Below are positions 11,527-23,467 of a DNA stretch of 64,000 bases, one piece after another. Made by a program: the position numbers and the translations under genes. Source of the stretch: Callorhinchus milii (taxonomy: Eukaryota); contig NW_024704745.1 of assembly GCF_018977255.1 (NCBI RefSeq), positions 12,090,001 through 12,154,000 on the forward strand, given 5' to 3'. Below the pieces are notes generated by a model. The model was not told the origin of the DNA, ran no database searches, and saw only the letters and a program-made list of their open reading frames with translations. Position 1 is the stretch's first letter, and each line of letters starts with the position of its first letter.

Positions 11527-14344
11527 CTTATTCCTATGTACTGATGGCTTAGTTTCTGAGTGACGCTATCAGCACACTGGAAATGAATGGCTGTGGCTGC
11601 AGGGAAGAGCATTATCCAGTTTTCAGCCTGTCCACGTCACAGGCATAACATAATGGAGCATAGTGGTTTTGGTGGTAGATCACGTGACACCATCCACCAG
11701 AGGGGAGAAGAGGGGATAAATCTTGTCTGTAGAGAAATGCAAACTTAAGAGTCCACAGTGGGGAAGAAAGTACAGGCTGTGTTTTTTGTTTGATTTGCTT
11801 TCATGAATCGGAGAGTTCATGATAATGGGTCAGAATGGCCTCCTTTGTTTTTTGTTGTGTGACTCCTGCAGTGTGCATCAACTATTCTGTTTGTTTTCGG
11901 GGATTGAGCTGCTGCCTTGTTGAGTATACAGCACTGATCAAGGGCTTTCCTTGTGTGTATCCAGCAGACCCTTTTTAGCATCTACAGTGCGCCGCTAGGC
12001 TCTCACCCTGTGTGTTTGAAGTTCATTTAATTTGCTCGCCCCGGGGTACTGAGCAGCCACTTCTGCTGGTACAGTACGCTCCCAGCTCCTTCTGTACAGG
12101 TACCGCAAGCAGATTAATAAATACTCTTATGTGGCCATAAAGCCACCTGTTGTGAGCAAAAGGTTGGCCTTTTGTGTTATGTACGAGCACAACAATGACT
12201 GAGCAGCCACGCAAACCTTTCAATAAAAGGGTTCAGTGTCAACTCTCCAGTGTCAGCCTGATCTCCTGTTCTTCCATGAAGAAGTAACACAATCACAGCA
12301 TGGTTTCCTTATAGGCACAATCTCTGTTTTATTGTTTTATGCTTATCTCAAGCTCTTACCTCAAGCTTTATACTAGGCACTAGCTCAGCTTATAACATAT
12401 CCCCCCCTCCCCCAGACCTTTTCCTTTCACAATTCTGGAGAATTGCAGGACTTTGTTTCATACCACGACACAAGATGACTTTTCTTTTTTTCTCTCTAGG
12501 GCTTGGTTCTGCTATCTTTAATTAGGGAGCTGTAATCGGAGAAGAAACAACTTTTCCCTGTGATTTCATACATTCAGTGCATATACAGAATTTACAGCTG
12601 CCACCACAGCCGCTGTTCAATCATCGGGCGCAGTGGTTCTGGTGCAAGACTGATTTGGTAATGGAAAGAGTTCAGTGATGAATGCTTCAAAGCAGTTTGC
12701 CTCTTTTTTTCACTAAAGTTGCCCCGTAACGGCAGGAATACTGTCTACAGTTGAGTTATGTTTTCACTTTACTATGCGAAGACATGAAAGTTCTCATGGT
12801 TTGAGGCTTAAAAATTAGGGTATTGGGAATATGCTTGCAATAAACAAAGCGTTGACGTGTGATTGCCTCCATGGGGCGGGGCAATAATTTGCTGCTTTGA
12901 AACATAGATGCAACTAAATACAACAATTTAAAACTTGTCAAAATCTGCTCACTACAATGCTGATGAATTTCGTACGAGGTCACACAAAAAAAAGGTTCAA
13001 ATAAATTTGGTCTGTTTCTTCTTGAATTCCAATCCTACCTTCTTCCCCTTACAGTGTAAAAGGATCCCAGTTTCAACCCCTCCTCCTAGTAACCCAATCC
13101 AAATGTTGATTTTCCTGTGTAAAGGAACGCTTCCTGTTCTGATTCACCCAACAGAAGACAAATTAATTAATTAAAATTAAAAATTAAAAAGCTCCAAGCA
13201 CTGGTGCAGTGACCAAGGTAGACCACCTCTAGAGTCTGCGCAAGACTGATTTGGTGCAATGTAATATTGCCTATTGTAACAACTGGCAACTCGTGAGGCT
13301 TCAAGATATTACATTTGGTGATGTGGATTGTGACTTAGACCAGCCCTGCAGAGGTGTTGATGGTTGGTAGATTGAAGCATTGCTTTGAAATATGGAGACC
13401 AGATGTGAGAAGCAGAGTGTGCCAAGAGTAGGGCTGGGAGAAAACCAATTATGATTGTCACGCTCAGATTTGAACGCTGAAAGTAGGAGAGGAGGTGTAT
13501 GCTCGGAATATTAGTGGGGTGCTCCTTGATCGCCGGCTGTGGTGGTGGTGGAATGCATTTGTCCAGTCTTTGTCTGAATACACCTGAGTGTGTGAGGGGG
13601 TATCACCTCCCTACCTTTCTGAACTGCCTACACCCCTTATCACTCCACTACCTGCTGTGGTCGATCAGCTGGCTTCGGCCTCCTGCACATTCCCTCATCC
13701 TCTATGTTCACCATCAGCAACCATGCTTTCAGCCACGTCGCCCCGAGACTCTGTCTATCCCTGACACCATATACGTTTTTGGATACATTGATACTGAGTT
13801 AGTAATTTCATTATTTCAAGCTTAACATGGGATAGATATAATAATGTGGATTTTATGACTATCCAGCTGGTGATTTTTGAACAGGGGTCTATTTGTGGTT
13901 GGTCTTGCACGGAATATATACTAGAACAGTTCAGAAGGGAATTGCTGGATGTCTGGTAATGGTTATAATACAGTTTCTAAATTCCCATCAGGGAGCCAGC
14001 AAAATCATGGGTCTTACTTTCTGATTTGCACACATTAGATTCAATAGCAGTCTCGGTTCAGGATTGCATGTTGCACAGTGGATTTTGTGATGAGTGGTAT
14101 GCTTTTGTTGCATTGTTGTACCATTCTGGGAAAAAATAATTCATGGGAAACATGAGATTTTTTTCTTATTTTCTAAGCTTTTCAGGGTGTCCAGAATTTG
14201 GCAAATTCCCAAACCCTTAATTTGGAAGCCAGTTTTTGTAAGTTTCTTTTAAGAACTACAGAAAAACAACCTCAAAGCTGAAACAAATTCTGGATGCTTT
14301 GAAAATCAAAGTAAATAGAGTACATCTAGATACTAGTCCCAAAT

Positions 14345-14485
14345 AACAACTTTTAAGAGAGAAGCATATAATTATTTGGGGCGAGTGCAGGGAATGGGAT
14401 TGATTTGGCTCTTTTCAAAGAACTGGCACAGGCACGATGGACGAATGGCCTCCTTCAGTGGCTGTATAATTCTATGATTCTATCG
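14345..14485 (+). mobile_element. CR1/HER1-like 3' end
   Basis: TTCAAAGAACTGGCACAGGCACGATGGACGAATGGCCTCCTTCAGTGGCTGTATAATTCTATGATTCTA, a typical CR1 terminus with ATTCTATG repeats. Confidence 0.65.
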
Positions 14486-15153
14486 AAATGTTTCTTTTGG
14501 GGAACCAGTCATGAGGTGAAATGAGTGTGGAATTGGGAACTAGAGCTCAGAATAGATAAACCTCGAAGAGTGCGTCAAGAAGACCGTTTACTGTACACAA
14601 CACCATGAGCCCATGTCCATGAATCTAGATCCTTAGCCCTTTTCAATTTCAACATCAACACACAGCCCCCTAAGCATTATTAAGATCAATTCTAGGTGCC
14701 TTGAAGATCAGAGAGATTTATTTAAGACTGAATAGATATGGCACTATTTATCACCCTTGTGATTTGAATTTTGTCAAGTCTTCTCACGTGTAACGTAATC
14801 AAACTGCTACAATGGTGCATTAACCAAATGTAGCTGCAATGTTTTATTGCCTGTAGTTTCAGTTGTTGCATGTTTAATCACCACACTGATTTCCCTAGGT
14901 GTTTTGCCTTGTATTATATTATTTCACATTAGGAATATTCAGGCACCCTGCTTTCATCTGAGAAACAATACATTAACAAAATCTCTGACAACCAGCAGCT
15001 AATGTGACATTGTTTCAGCCCTGGTAAAACAAACGCCTTTGTAGACAAAAGCTGAAGGACTATTCAGGTTGGTGATCAGAGTGTCATTTTGCTGGCTGTA
15101 GTGCGGCTTCCTATGTGTGATTTGTGGGCAATGTGTAAACTACATGCTATTTA

Positions 15154-15477
15154 ATAATAATAATAATAATCCTTGCATTTGATATAGCGCTTTTCACGTC
15201 AGGAGGACGTCCCAAAGCGCTTCACAGAACACACTGTAAAGTGAATTGACTGTATATTTGTGGGCGAACGCGGCAGCCAATTGCGCACAGCAATGTCCCA
15301 CAAACAGTCGTAGATTGGAAATGACCAATTTAATTATTGTTTTTGGTTTTTTGGAGGGATTATTATTAGGCTCTGTGTGGAGTAAGGAAACTTGCCCAAG
15401 GTTTCGCCCTGTCTGGAATTGAACTCAGGTCTCTCACTTGCAAAGCGAGTGCTCTAACCACTGAGCTACAGGACTCC
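15154..15477 (-). mobile_element. SINE family A, core-deleted variant
   Basis: Reverse complement of head at 15421-15477 and tail at 15154-15310; the central core is missing. Confidence 0.88.
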
Positions 15478-16008
15478 ATTTACAAACAATGGGTGAGGTG
15501 TTGGTAAGCCATGTTTACAAGCTCAGATTCATTAAGTTAATCACAATTTATGGTTTATTATGGGATTTGCTGTGAGATCTACAAACGGCGAATTGGGAAT
15601 CCCAAGCGAGTATAGTCTGGGGGTGGGAAAAAAATGTCAGGGCGAGCAATGTGGCAATTGACTATCTGCAGCCTATGTGCATCACTGCCAGCGTAAGATT
15701 CCAACAATCTATGCCATTGCTTTCATCTGGAATGGAATGCCATTCCAACAATCTATCTCGGGAATTTCCATGTGTAGGTGGGATGCATGGAATTCTCAGT
15801 TTGGTCTGGAGCTCTTAAGCACGGTGATGGATTTCCACATGTGTCAGACACTCTGCTGACCAATGTGAGACCACAACCTCAAGGTGGTCTTCTCTTGGTC
15901 GGTGCCCTGGGCTGGTTCCCTGCGTGAGGGGTGCTATATAAACGCACGTTGTTGTTGTCCGGCACCGTCTCTGAACCACTCTGAGATGTTATCCCGTGCC
16001 ATATAAGT

Positions 16009-16322
16009 GGAGTTCTGTAGCTGAGTGGTTAGAGCACTCGCCTTGCAAACGAGACACCTGGGTTCAATTCCAGGCAGGGCGAAACCTTGGGCAAGTTTCC
16101 TTACTCCACACGCCTGATAATAATCCCTCCAAAAAAGCAAAACAATAATAAATTGGTCATTTTCAATCCACGACTGTTTGTGGGACACTGTTGTGCGCAA
16201 TTGGCTGTTGCGTTTCGCCCACCAATATACTGTCAATTCACTTTACAGCATATTTTGTGAAGCGCTTTGAGACGTCTAGCAGACATGAAAAGCGCTATAT
16301 CAAATGCAAGGATTATTATTAT
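16009..16322 (+). mobile_element. SINE family A, core-deleted variant
   Basis: Head with A box and GGTTCAATTCC B box; junction CACACGCCT|GATAATAATCCCTCC; tail. Confidence 0.88.
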
Positions 16323-16727
16323 CCTATGTGAAGTCTGCTATAAAAATGCAAGCTGCTACTGTTGGCCTCTCTGTCAGTGCCAATTGTGCACCAGTAATGA
16401 GAGGTGGTATAAGTGAAGCATTAGCATGTAAAGAATTACGATATTCTCTAAATGTGACAGACCAAGAGAAAAAGAAAACTGTGGACGGTAATCTGAAATA
16501 AAAACAAATGCTGGAAATCCATAACATCTGAACGGAAAAAGCCCAGTTAAGTCAGTCTTCGGGATTTGATGCTGCCAAGTTTTGACAAAGGATCAACAAC
16601 ATACTGTTGGCCTCTCTGTCAGTGCCAATTGTGCACCGGTAATGAGAGGTGGTATAAGTGAAGCATTAGCATGTAAAGAATTACGATATTCTCTAAATGT
16701 GACTGACCAAGAGAAAAAGAAAACTGT

Positions 16728-17477
16728 TGTTAGAATTTACACTTTTTGTATAATGTTGGAATCAAAATAGATGTTGCGAATGGGTTAACTTTTACGTTAA
16801 GTGTGTTTTGGGCAGCTGGACCGAAACTCCCTGCACGTACACGAGATAACGGACTGTCTCAAGGACAGTGTGTTTGTGTGTGTGTGAGGCCCGTACACCC
16901 CATGAGATGTTCACATGAACCCAGCATGATTTCGACCAGGTGATCTAATGTCCGCACCACGATTGGATGAACATTGGTATAAGAGTTCCGATAACTTTGT
17001 GTACGGGGCCGTCGCGGAGACAAGGATATGGGAGATGGAGCCATCCCGGGTCGTGGAGACAAGGATATGGGAGATGGAGCCATCCTGGGTCGCGGAGACA
17101 AGGATACAGGAGATGGGGCCGTCTCGGGCTGCGGAGACAAGGGTACGGAGATGGAAGACTGAGAGCTAGAAACACTAAGACCGAGGATATCAGATGGAAG
17201 ATTGAAAGCTGTAAGCAAGAAGACTGAAAGCATGAAGAATCAAGCTTGTGTGCTGTAAAGACACAGTGTTGAACTCTTGAACTCGAGATATCTATAGTGG
17301 TGTTATTCTGTTAAAGTGGTGTTATTCTGTTATAAGATCTGTTGATTGTACCGGCCTTTGGTCTGACCCATCGGGATATTGGCGAATAACGAATGAATAA
17401 TAATAAAACAGTCTGATATCTGGTTAGAGGAATTAGCGTTATTTCCTTACAGATTTGGCTGATTTTGTTTTCTAACA
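16728..17477 (+). mobile_element. Solo LTR, 750 bp (ERV1-like or Ty3/gypsy)
   Basis: Starts TGTTAGAA and ends TTCTAACA (8-bp terminal inverted repeat, TG...CA), flanked by 4-bp TSD CTGT (16724-16727 and 17478-17481). The empty site is preserved in the upstream tandem duplicate. TATAAG at 16978 and AATAAA at 17402 suggest + orientation. Confidence 0.88.
17011..17155 (+). repeat. 39-bp tandem repeat (~3.7 copies) inside the LTR
   Basis: Unit GTCGCGGAGACAAGGATATGGGAGATGGAGCCATCCCGG begins at 17011, 17050, 17089 and 17128. Confidence 0.95.
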
Positions 17478-17600
17478 CTGTGGACGGTAATCTGAAATAA
17501 AAACAAATGCTGGAAATCCATAACGTCTGAACAGAAAAAGCCCAGTTAAGTCAGTCTTCGGGATTTGATTCTGCCACGTTTTGACAAAGGATCAACAACA

Positions 17601-19288
17601 ACAACCAGATTCCATTTATAGAGCGCCTTTCACGTCGGGAGGACGTCCCAAGGCACTGTACAGTTAGGTCAGGACCCGAGCAGGGGGGAAATGGTCAGGG
17701 TGAGGGGAGGGAAGGGAGGGAGTGAGGAGGGGGGAAATGGTCAGGGTGAGGGGAGGGAAGGGAGGGAGCGAGGAGGGGGTAGAGAGTCGAGAGGGGAGCT
17801 GAAGGCTCGGTCAAAGAGAAAGGTCTTGAGACCGGCCTTGAAGGAGGAAAGGGAGGAGGCGGCGAAGACACTGGGGTATAGAGTTCCAGAGCCTAGGGGC
17901 TGAGAGGCTGAAGGCCCGGCCACCGATGGTAGGGCGGTTGGGGCGGGGGGATGTGGAGCAGACTGGAGCCAGAGGAACGGAGGGTACGGGCAGGTAGGTA
18001 GGGGGATAGTAGGTCGGAGAGGTAGGAGGGAGCAAGGCCATGAATGACCTTGTAGGTGAGGATGAGGATCTTGAAATCGATCCTCTGGGGGATGGGGAGC
18101 CAGTGGAGGCGAGCGAGGGTGGGAGTGATGTGGTCGCGAAGCCTGGTGCGGGACAGTACACGAGCTGCAGAGTTCTGAATGACCTGCAGCTTGTGGAGGG
18201 AGGTGCCGGGAAGGCCGGCGAGGAGAGAGTTCCCATAGTCCAGCCTTGAGGTGATAAAGGCGTGGACCAGAGTTTCAGCAGCGTGAGGGGTGAGGTAGTG
18301 CTGTAGTCTGGCGACATTCCGGAGGTGATGGAAGGCAGTGCCAGTTGTGGATATGAGGGATAAAGGACAGCTCAGGGTCGAACAGAACCCAAGGTTCCTG
18401 ACTGGCTTTGAGAGGTGGAGAGTGCAGCCTTGGATGCTGATGCTGTCAGCGCCTGAGGTGCGGAGGCGCTGACGTGAGCCAATCAGGAGGGCCTCAGTTT
18501 TACGCACGTTGAGCTGAAGAAAGTTGTCTCTCGTCCAGGACTCGATGTCGGACAGGCAGCTGTCAGGACATCGGTGGTCGTGGAGTTGAGAGTAGAGGAG
18601 GAAAGGTAGAGTTGGGTGTCATCCGCATACATGTGGAAGTTAACCCCATGTCTGCGGATGATGTCACCGAGGGGGAGCATATAGAGGGTGAAGAGGAGGG
18701 GACCGAGGACAGAGCCCTGAGGGACACCGCACGAGACAGTTCGGGGGCCGGAGGAAAAAGCATTCGTGGAAACAAAGTGAAGACGGTGGGAGAGGTACGA
18801 CCTAAACCACTCAAGGACAGTACCTTGAAGGTTGAGGTGGGAGGACAAGCGGTGGAGGAGGATAGCACAGTCGACCGTATCGAATGCTGCCGATAGGACG
18901 AGGAGGCAGAGGGAGCCCCGGTCACAGATGGTCAGGATGTCATTGGTGACCTTGACCAGGGCAGTTTCTGTGCTATGGGCAGTACGGCAACCCGACTGAA
19001 GGGGTTCGAATAATGAATGGGTGGAGAGGAAAGAGCGCAGCTGGGAGGCAACAACTTGTTCCAGGATCTTGGACAGGAAGGGGAGGTTGGAAATGGGCCG
19101 GTAGCTTGATAGTTGCGATGCATCAAGGGAGGGTTTTTTCAAGGTGGGAGTGATGGTGGCGTTTTTTAAGGGAATGGGAACTGAGCCAGCGGAGAGGGAC
19201 AGGTTGACGATGTTTGTGATATGTGGGGCAAGAAGGTGGAGCTGGGAGATGTGGAGTGGGGATGGGGTCAAGGGAGCAGGTGATGGTA
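17601..19288 (-). mobile_element. L2-clade LINE, 5'-truncated, RT ORF2 C-terminal part with frameshifts
   Basis: Minus-strand frames give RT motifs [49 protein letters not shown] and then FITSRLDYGNSLLAGLP, LHWLPIPQRIDFKIL. Ends in a 3' UTR with stem-loop and (GTT)n tail. The ORF is split across frames. Confidence 0.93.
17683..17779. repeat. 46-bp tandem duplication in the L2 3' UTR
   Basis: AAATGGTCAGGGTGAGGGGAGGGAAGGGAGGGAG occurs at 17689 and 17735. Confidence 0.85.
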
Positions 19289-19435
19289 ATTTCTCTTTCA
19301 CATGCTGATTGAGTTGGTGCGCATTTCCAGCGTTTTTCTGTTTATCTTTGTATTTGACGTGTGCTTTATGCTGCTTTTTCTTCACCCCGTTCTCTCTTTC
19401 CCAGCCTTCAAATCACCTCTAAATACATTACTTGA

Positions 19436-19892
19436 GGCGTCAGTTTAGCTGAGCTGCAGCACTGTCGCCTCTGAGTCAGATTGTGGGTTCAAATGCCACG
19501 TTGGCACTTGAACCCACATCGGCTAGGCTGACACTATAATGCAGTCAGTGTGCTGAGCGTGTGCTGCATTGTTGGCGGTGCCATTCTTCAGATGACCACA
19601 CTGTCATCTTTACCAGACATTTAACGCCAACAGGCAGGACCTTAAACCGAGTCCTGTCTGCCCATTTGGATGGATGCTAATTCGAAAAGAGAAGGGAGTT
19701 TCTCCCAGTGTCCTGGCCAATAAATCCCTAAAATAAAACTGGGTCACTCACTCCATGGCTGTTTGTGAGATATTGCTTTGTGTTTGCCCACAAAATATAC
19801 AGTCGATCCATTTTATAGTATATCTTGTGAAGTGTTTTGAGATGTCTTGATGATCTGACAAGGTGCTTTATAAAATGCAAAGATTATTATTC
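19436..19892 (+). mobile_element. SINE family B (SacSINE1-like, Deu domain)
   Basis: GCACTGTCGCCTCTGAGTCAG...GGGTTCAAAT...TAGGCTGACAC...GTGCTGCATTGTTGGCGGTGCC...GAAAAGAGAAGGGAGTTTCTCCCAGTGTCCTGGCCAAT followed by the shared L2-like tail. Matches my recollection of shark Deu-SINEs. Confidence 0.75.
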
Positions 19893-21835
19893 TAACTTAT
19901 CAACTGATTCTTTGGTCCTCCTTTGTTTTCATTTCCTTCTCTTTGTACAGGGCTCCCCAATCACTGGGTTAAAAAAAATTCCACCCAGGTCTGGATTTAC
20001 TCTTATTATCCTAGCATTTCAGAGTGTACAGAATTTGTCGAACTCCTAAATACAGTGTAATTCTGAAGCCAGTTTTCTGTAAATTTATTTTAATTCTACA
20101 AGTATAGTTCTAAGTGAGTTCATGTCAACCCTAACATGTCCCTAACTAAAATTGCTCTTCAATATGAATGATAATAATGATCCTTATTAATACTTATCCT
20201 TGCATTTGACATGATGCTTTATCACGTCTTCGAGGCATCTCAAAGCGCTTCACAGAATACACTGTAAAGTAAATTGACTGTGTTTTGTGGGTGAAAAATA
20301 ATGATCTATTTATGATGTTTGGGTCAATGTAGTGAGGAAAAAGTACAGGAGACTCGCAGGAATTCAAGCACATTATGTTTGAACTGAGCTAACTCAAATT
20401 TGATGTGCAATCTTCTGAATCAACCATTTTGATTATTTTTATGTTTCTCTAAATAAAAGTGCAAAACCAAATCAGTGGTTGCCAAGGTTCCACTGGTGAG
20501 TTAACAACATCCCATTATGCGTCAGTGTTTTTGATCAAATCAGTAAGATGAGAAGCAGGAAACAAGAATCAAATTGGGGAGAGATGATTACAACATGCAA
20601 AGCAGCTTAAGCTTTGAGGGATAGTTTAGCAACTGGATTTCAGCCTTTCATTATTGTTGTTGCAGTTGTTGTTGCAGTTGTCTCTGCAGACGTCTCGACA
20701 GCTGGATCACCACTGAATGGAGACGGAACTTTGACAGTGGGTTGTGATACAGCGTCGGCGCTGTACTCTCCCTGATTGAATTATCCACTGTGCGCCTTTC
20801 ATATTAAATCATTTATCATCTTAAAATAAACCTTCACTGTGTACTTAATTGCTTCCTTGGTTTCACTCCGCCACACCACCCGCTCCCTATCCCCTTCCCA
20901 CAAACAGTACTTCACGACTTCTGTTTCAGGAAGAAACCCATTGTGTTTGTAACCAGACCTATTGTGTTTGTTATCGGCCAGCAGCTGGGTAAATTTTATC
21001 TTGTATCTGAGAGGCGGAGTGCCCCTTTCTGATCGCGCTGATCTAATTATAATGCTTCCCCTCACCGTGTTTATTTAGCCTATTGTGTTCTTTGAATGGG
21101 AAAGTCTGATGGATGGTGTCAGACCCCAAGTTTAACATGTGCTGTGAAGTATTTTGCGGTGTCCAGGGCAGGACAACAGCCATTAAAGACGAAGCTCCTG
21201 TTTAGAGAAATTAATTTGCTACATAGTGTTGCTCGGGGAGAGAACTGGGTTTGATATCAAAAGACTGTGGCAGACGGTGCAAGTTCACTTTGATTATTAT
21301 CTTCAATGTTTGTCTTTGACAGTCCTCACAGCAGAGTGCTGAGCGGCGCTGCCAAAAGTGTTTGTAATCTGGAGCCACGGGCTTGCTAATCATAAAGTCT
21401 CAATAACACACCAATTCTTTTTGTAAATGGTGTCTTGCCACAAATCAAAGATCTCAGGATATTGTCCCAGCAAGTGCGCAAATTTGTTTTGAGATGAATT
21501 CCAATCAAAATTTTGTTCGCTGCACCGTGGAAGAGAATATCCTTGAAACCCTTGGATACTTTAGAATTGTTCAGCTTCCTCTAAGTAGGATTTTAACTCT
21601 ATACAAAGAGCTATATTGGCAAAACATGATTTCTTCAGATGTTGATTACTGACTGGGATTGTTGTGTAATCATCCTGGTTGAAATGTAGTTCAATTGTCA
21701 GTTGTTTCCTTTGTTTCAGCAGTATTTGGCCAGCACCATTTCAATGATAACAGCAACATCTAGGTTTTACCATCAAGACACAGTCTGATAGATCTAGTGT
21801 GCTGACAATCCAGAAAAGTCATTCTGATGACCAGT

Positions 21836-22172
21836 TAGCGTAGAATCACAGATTGGTTAGAGCACTCACTCGCAAGCGAGAGGACCCGGGTTAGATTCCC
21901 ACTCGGGTTGAAACCTTAGGCAAGTTTCCTTACTCCACGCGCCTCTGTTTACATAGCAGTAAGGAGGAACCCGGTTGTTAATCGATTTGCGGATCACTTG
22001 GGGGTAATATTCCCTTCAAATGTTTTTTTAAAAATCTACTGTACGCAATTGGCTGCCGCGTTTCACTCATAAAATATACCAATCAATTCACTTCACAGTA
22101 TACTGTGAAGCACTTTTGAGATGTCTCAACGATGTGATAAGGCGCTATATCAAATGCAAGAATTATTATTAT
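21836..22172 (+). mobile_element. SINE family A
   Basis: Head, core and tail collinear with 11155-11526. A second tail follows at ~22180-22335. Confidence 0.85.
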
Positions 22173-22957
22173 GATCGCTACATTACTGTTTGTGGGACAT
22201 CACTGTGCGCAAATTGCCTGCCATGTTCGCCTACAAAATACAGTCACTACACTTCACAATAAATTCTGTGAACGCTTTGAGGCATCCTCCTGTTGTGAAA
22301 GCTGCTATATCAAATGCAAGGAGTATTATTATTATGTTTGTGTGATTCGTTTTTTAAAAAATTGTCATAGATTCTACTTGAATGTCTAAGCATTTAACAT
22401 GTCAACATGAAATTCAACCTGTATAATGTGGAACAGCCCAGAGTGTTGTTCTACTGATATTCTATAAGGCAGAGTCAAGGTGCTGTTGCACTTGCAAATC
22501 AGTTTTGGTTTGCGTTCAAGTAAAAGTTGAATTATACAGTGAAAACTCCCAAAATACAATCCCTGGAAATGAATGGATAAAAATGGAACGTCATAAAAAG
22601 AACTGACAGAATGTTGTTCTCAGTGCTGTAATTTGTTCCAAGGCCAAGGGAGTAACTAGTTTATAAATGAGTTTGTCTTTGGCATGAACTCAACCTACTT
22701 ATGTCATTTTGTGAAGCAAATAGGAATGTGTGAATCACCAATGAGGTAGTTTGATTAATAGGTAGTTTACTACATTTCCATCAGAAGGTTCTCGCACAAT
22801 TCCGTTTGATGTACAGATGTTGGAAGATTAAGAGAGCCACACTTTCCAAGTTTGTCTAATAATACTGGTTAAAGTGCATGTCCCTGTGCTCCTGATTCAG
22901 CATTTGTCAATCTAGAATGCAATATTTAGCAGGTATGCTTCAAACACGGTCGAGTAG

Positions 22958-23380
22958 GTGTCAGCCTCGTTCTGTTGGTAGCACTCCTGCCTCTTAAGTT
23001 AGAAGGCTGTGGTTTCAAGCCCCAAGTCGAGCCTTTGAACGAACTCACAGTCTAGGCTGACACTTCAATCCAGTGCTGGAGTATGTACTGTATTGTTGGA
23101 GGTGGATAAGACATTATCTAGACATTATGTTCAGGCAGACGTAAACGTCCCATGGCGCTATTTGAAAAGTGAAGGGAGTTTCTCCTGGTGTTCTGGCCAA
23201 CAATCCACCGAATAAAATTGGTCATTGACTTCATAGCTGTGGAATATTGCTTAGTGCTAATTGGCTGCCATATTTGCCTACAAAATACAGTCACTTTACA
23301 TTACAGTAAATCCTGTGAAGCACTTTAAGATGTCTTACTGATATGAAAGACACTGTATTAAATGCAAGGAATTATTGTTA
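22958..23380 (+). mobile_element. SINE family B (Deu-type)
   Basis: Collinear with 19436-19892 (TCTAGGCTGACAC; CCCATGGCGCTATTTGAAAAG; GGGAGTTTCTCCTGGTGTTCTGGCCAA). Confidence 0.75.
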
Positions 23381-23467
23381 CCGTGTGCTGTCTTTAGTTG
23401 TCGACTATTCATGTTAGCTGTATTTATCAATGAAATTTATAACTCTGGTATTTATCATCCAACTTAT

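Larger units (their letters stand above)
16357..17600. repeat. 245-bp tandem duplication; second copy interrupted by the LTR
   Basis: Copy 1 is 16357-16601; copy 2 is 16602-16727 plus 17482-17600. I count 6 substitutions between the copies. Confidence 0.95.

Noticed and set aside
17011-17155. Regular 39-bp repeats resembling a CRISPR array or repeat protein (13-aa units)
   Set aside because: The units are contiguous with no unique spacers, sit inside an LTR in a vertebrate genome, and the ORFs are short by-products.
17601-19385. 300-aa and 204-aa RT ORFs as an active LINE or domesticated gene
   Set aside because: The element is 5'-truncated with no endonuclease and is frameshifted. The N-terminus of the 300-aa ORF is flanking non-L2 sequence.
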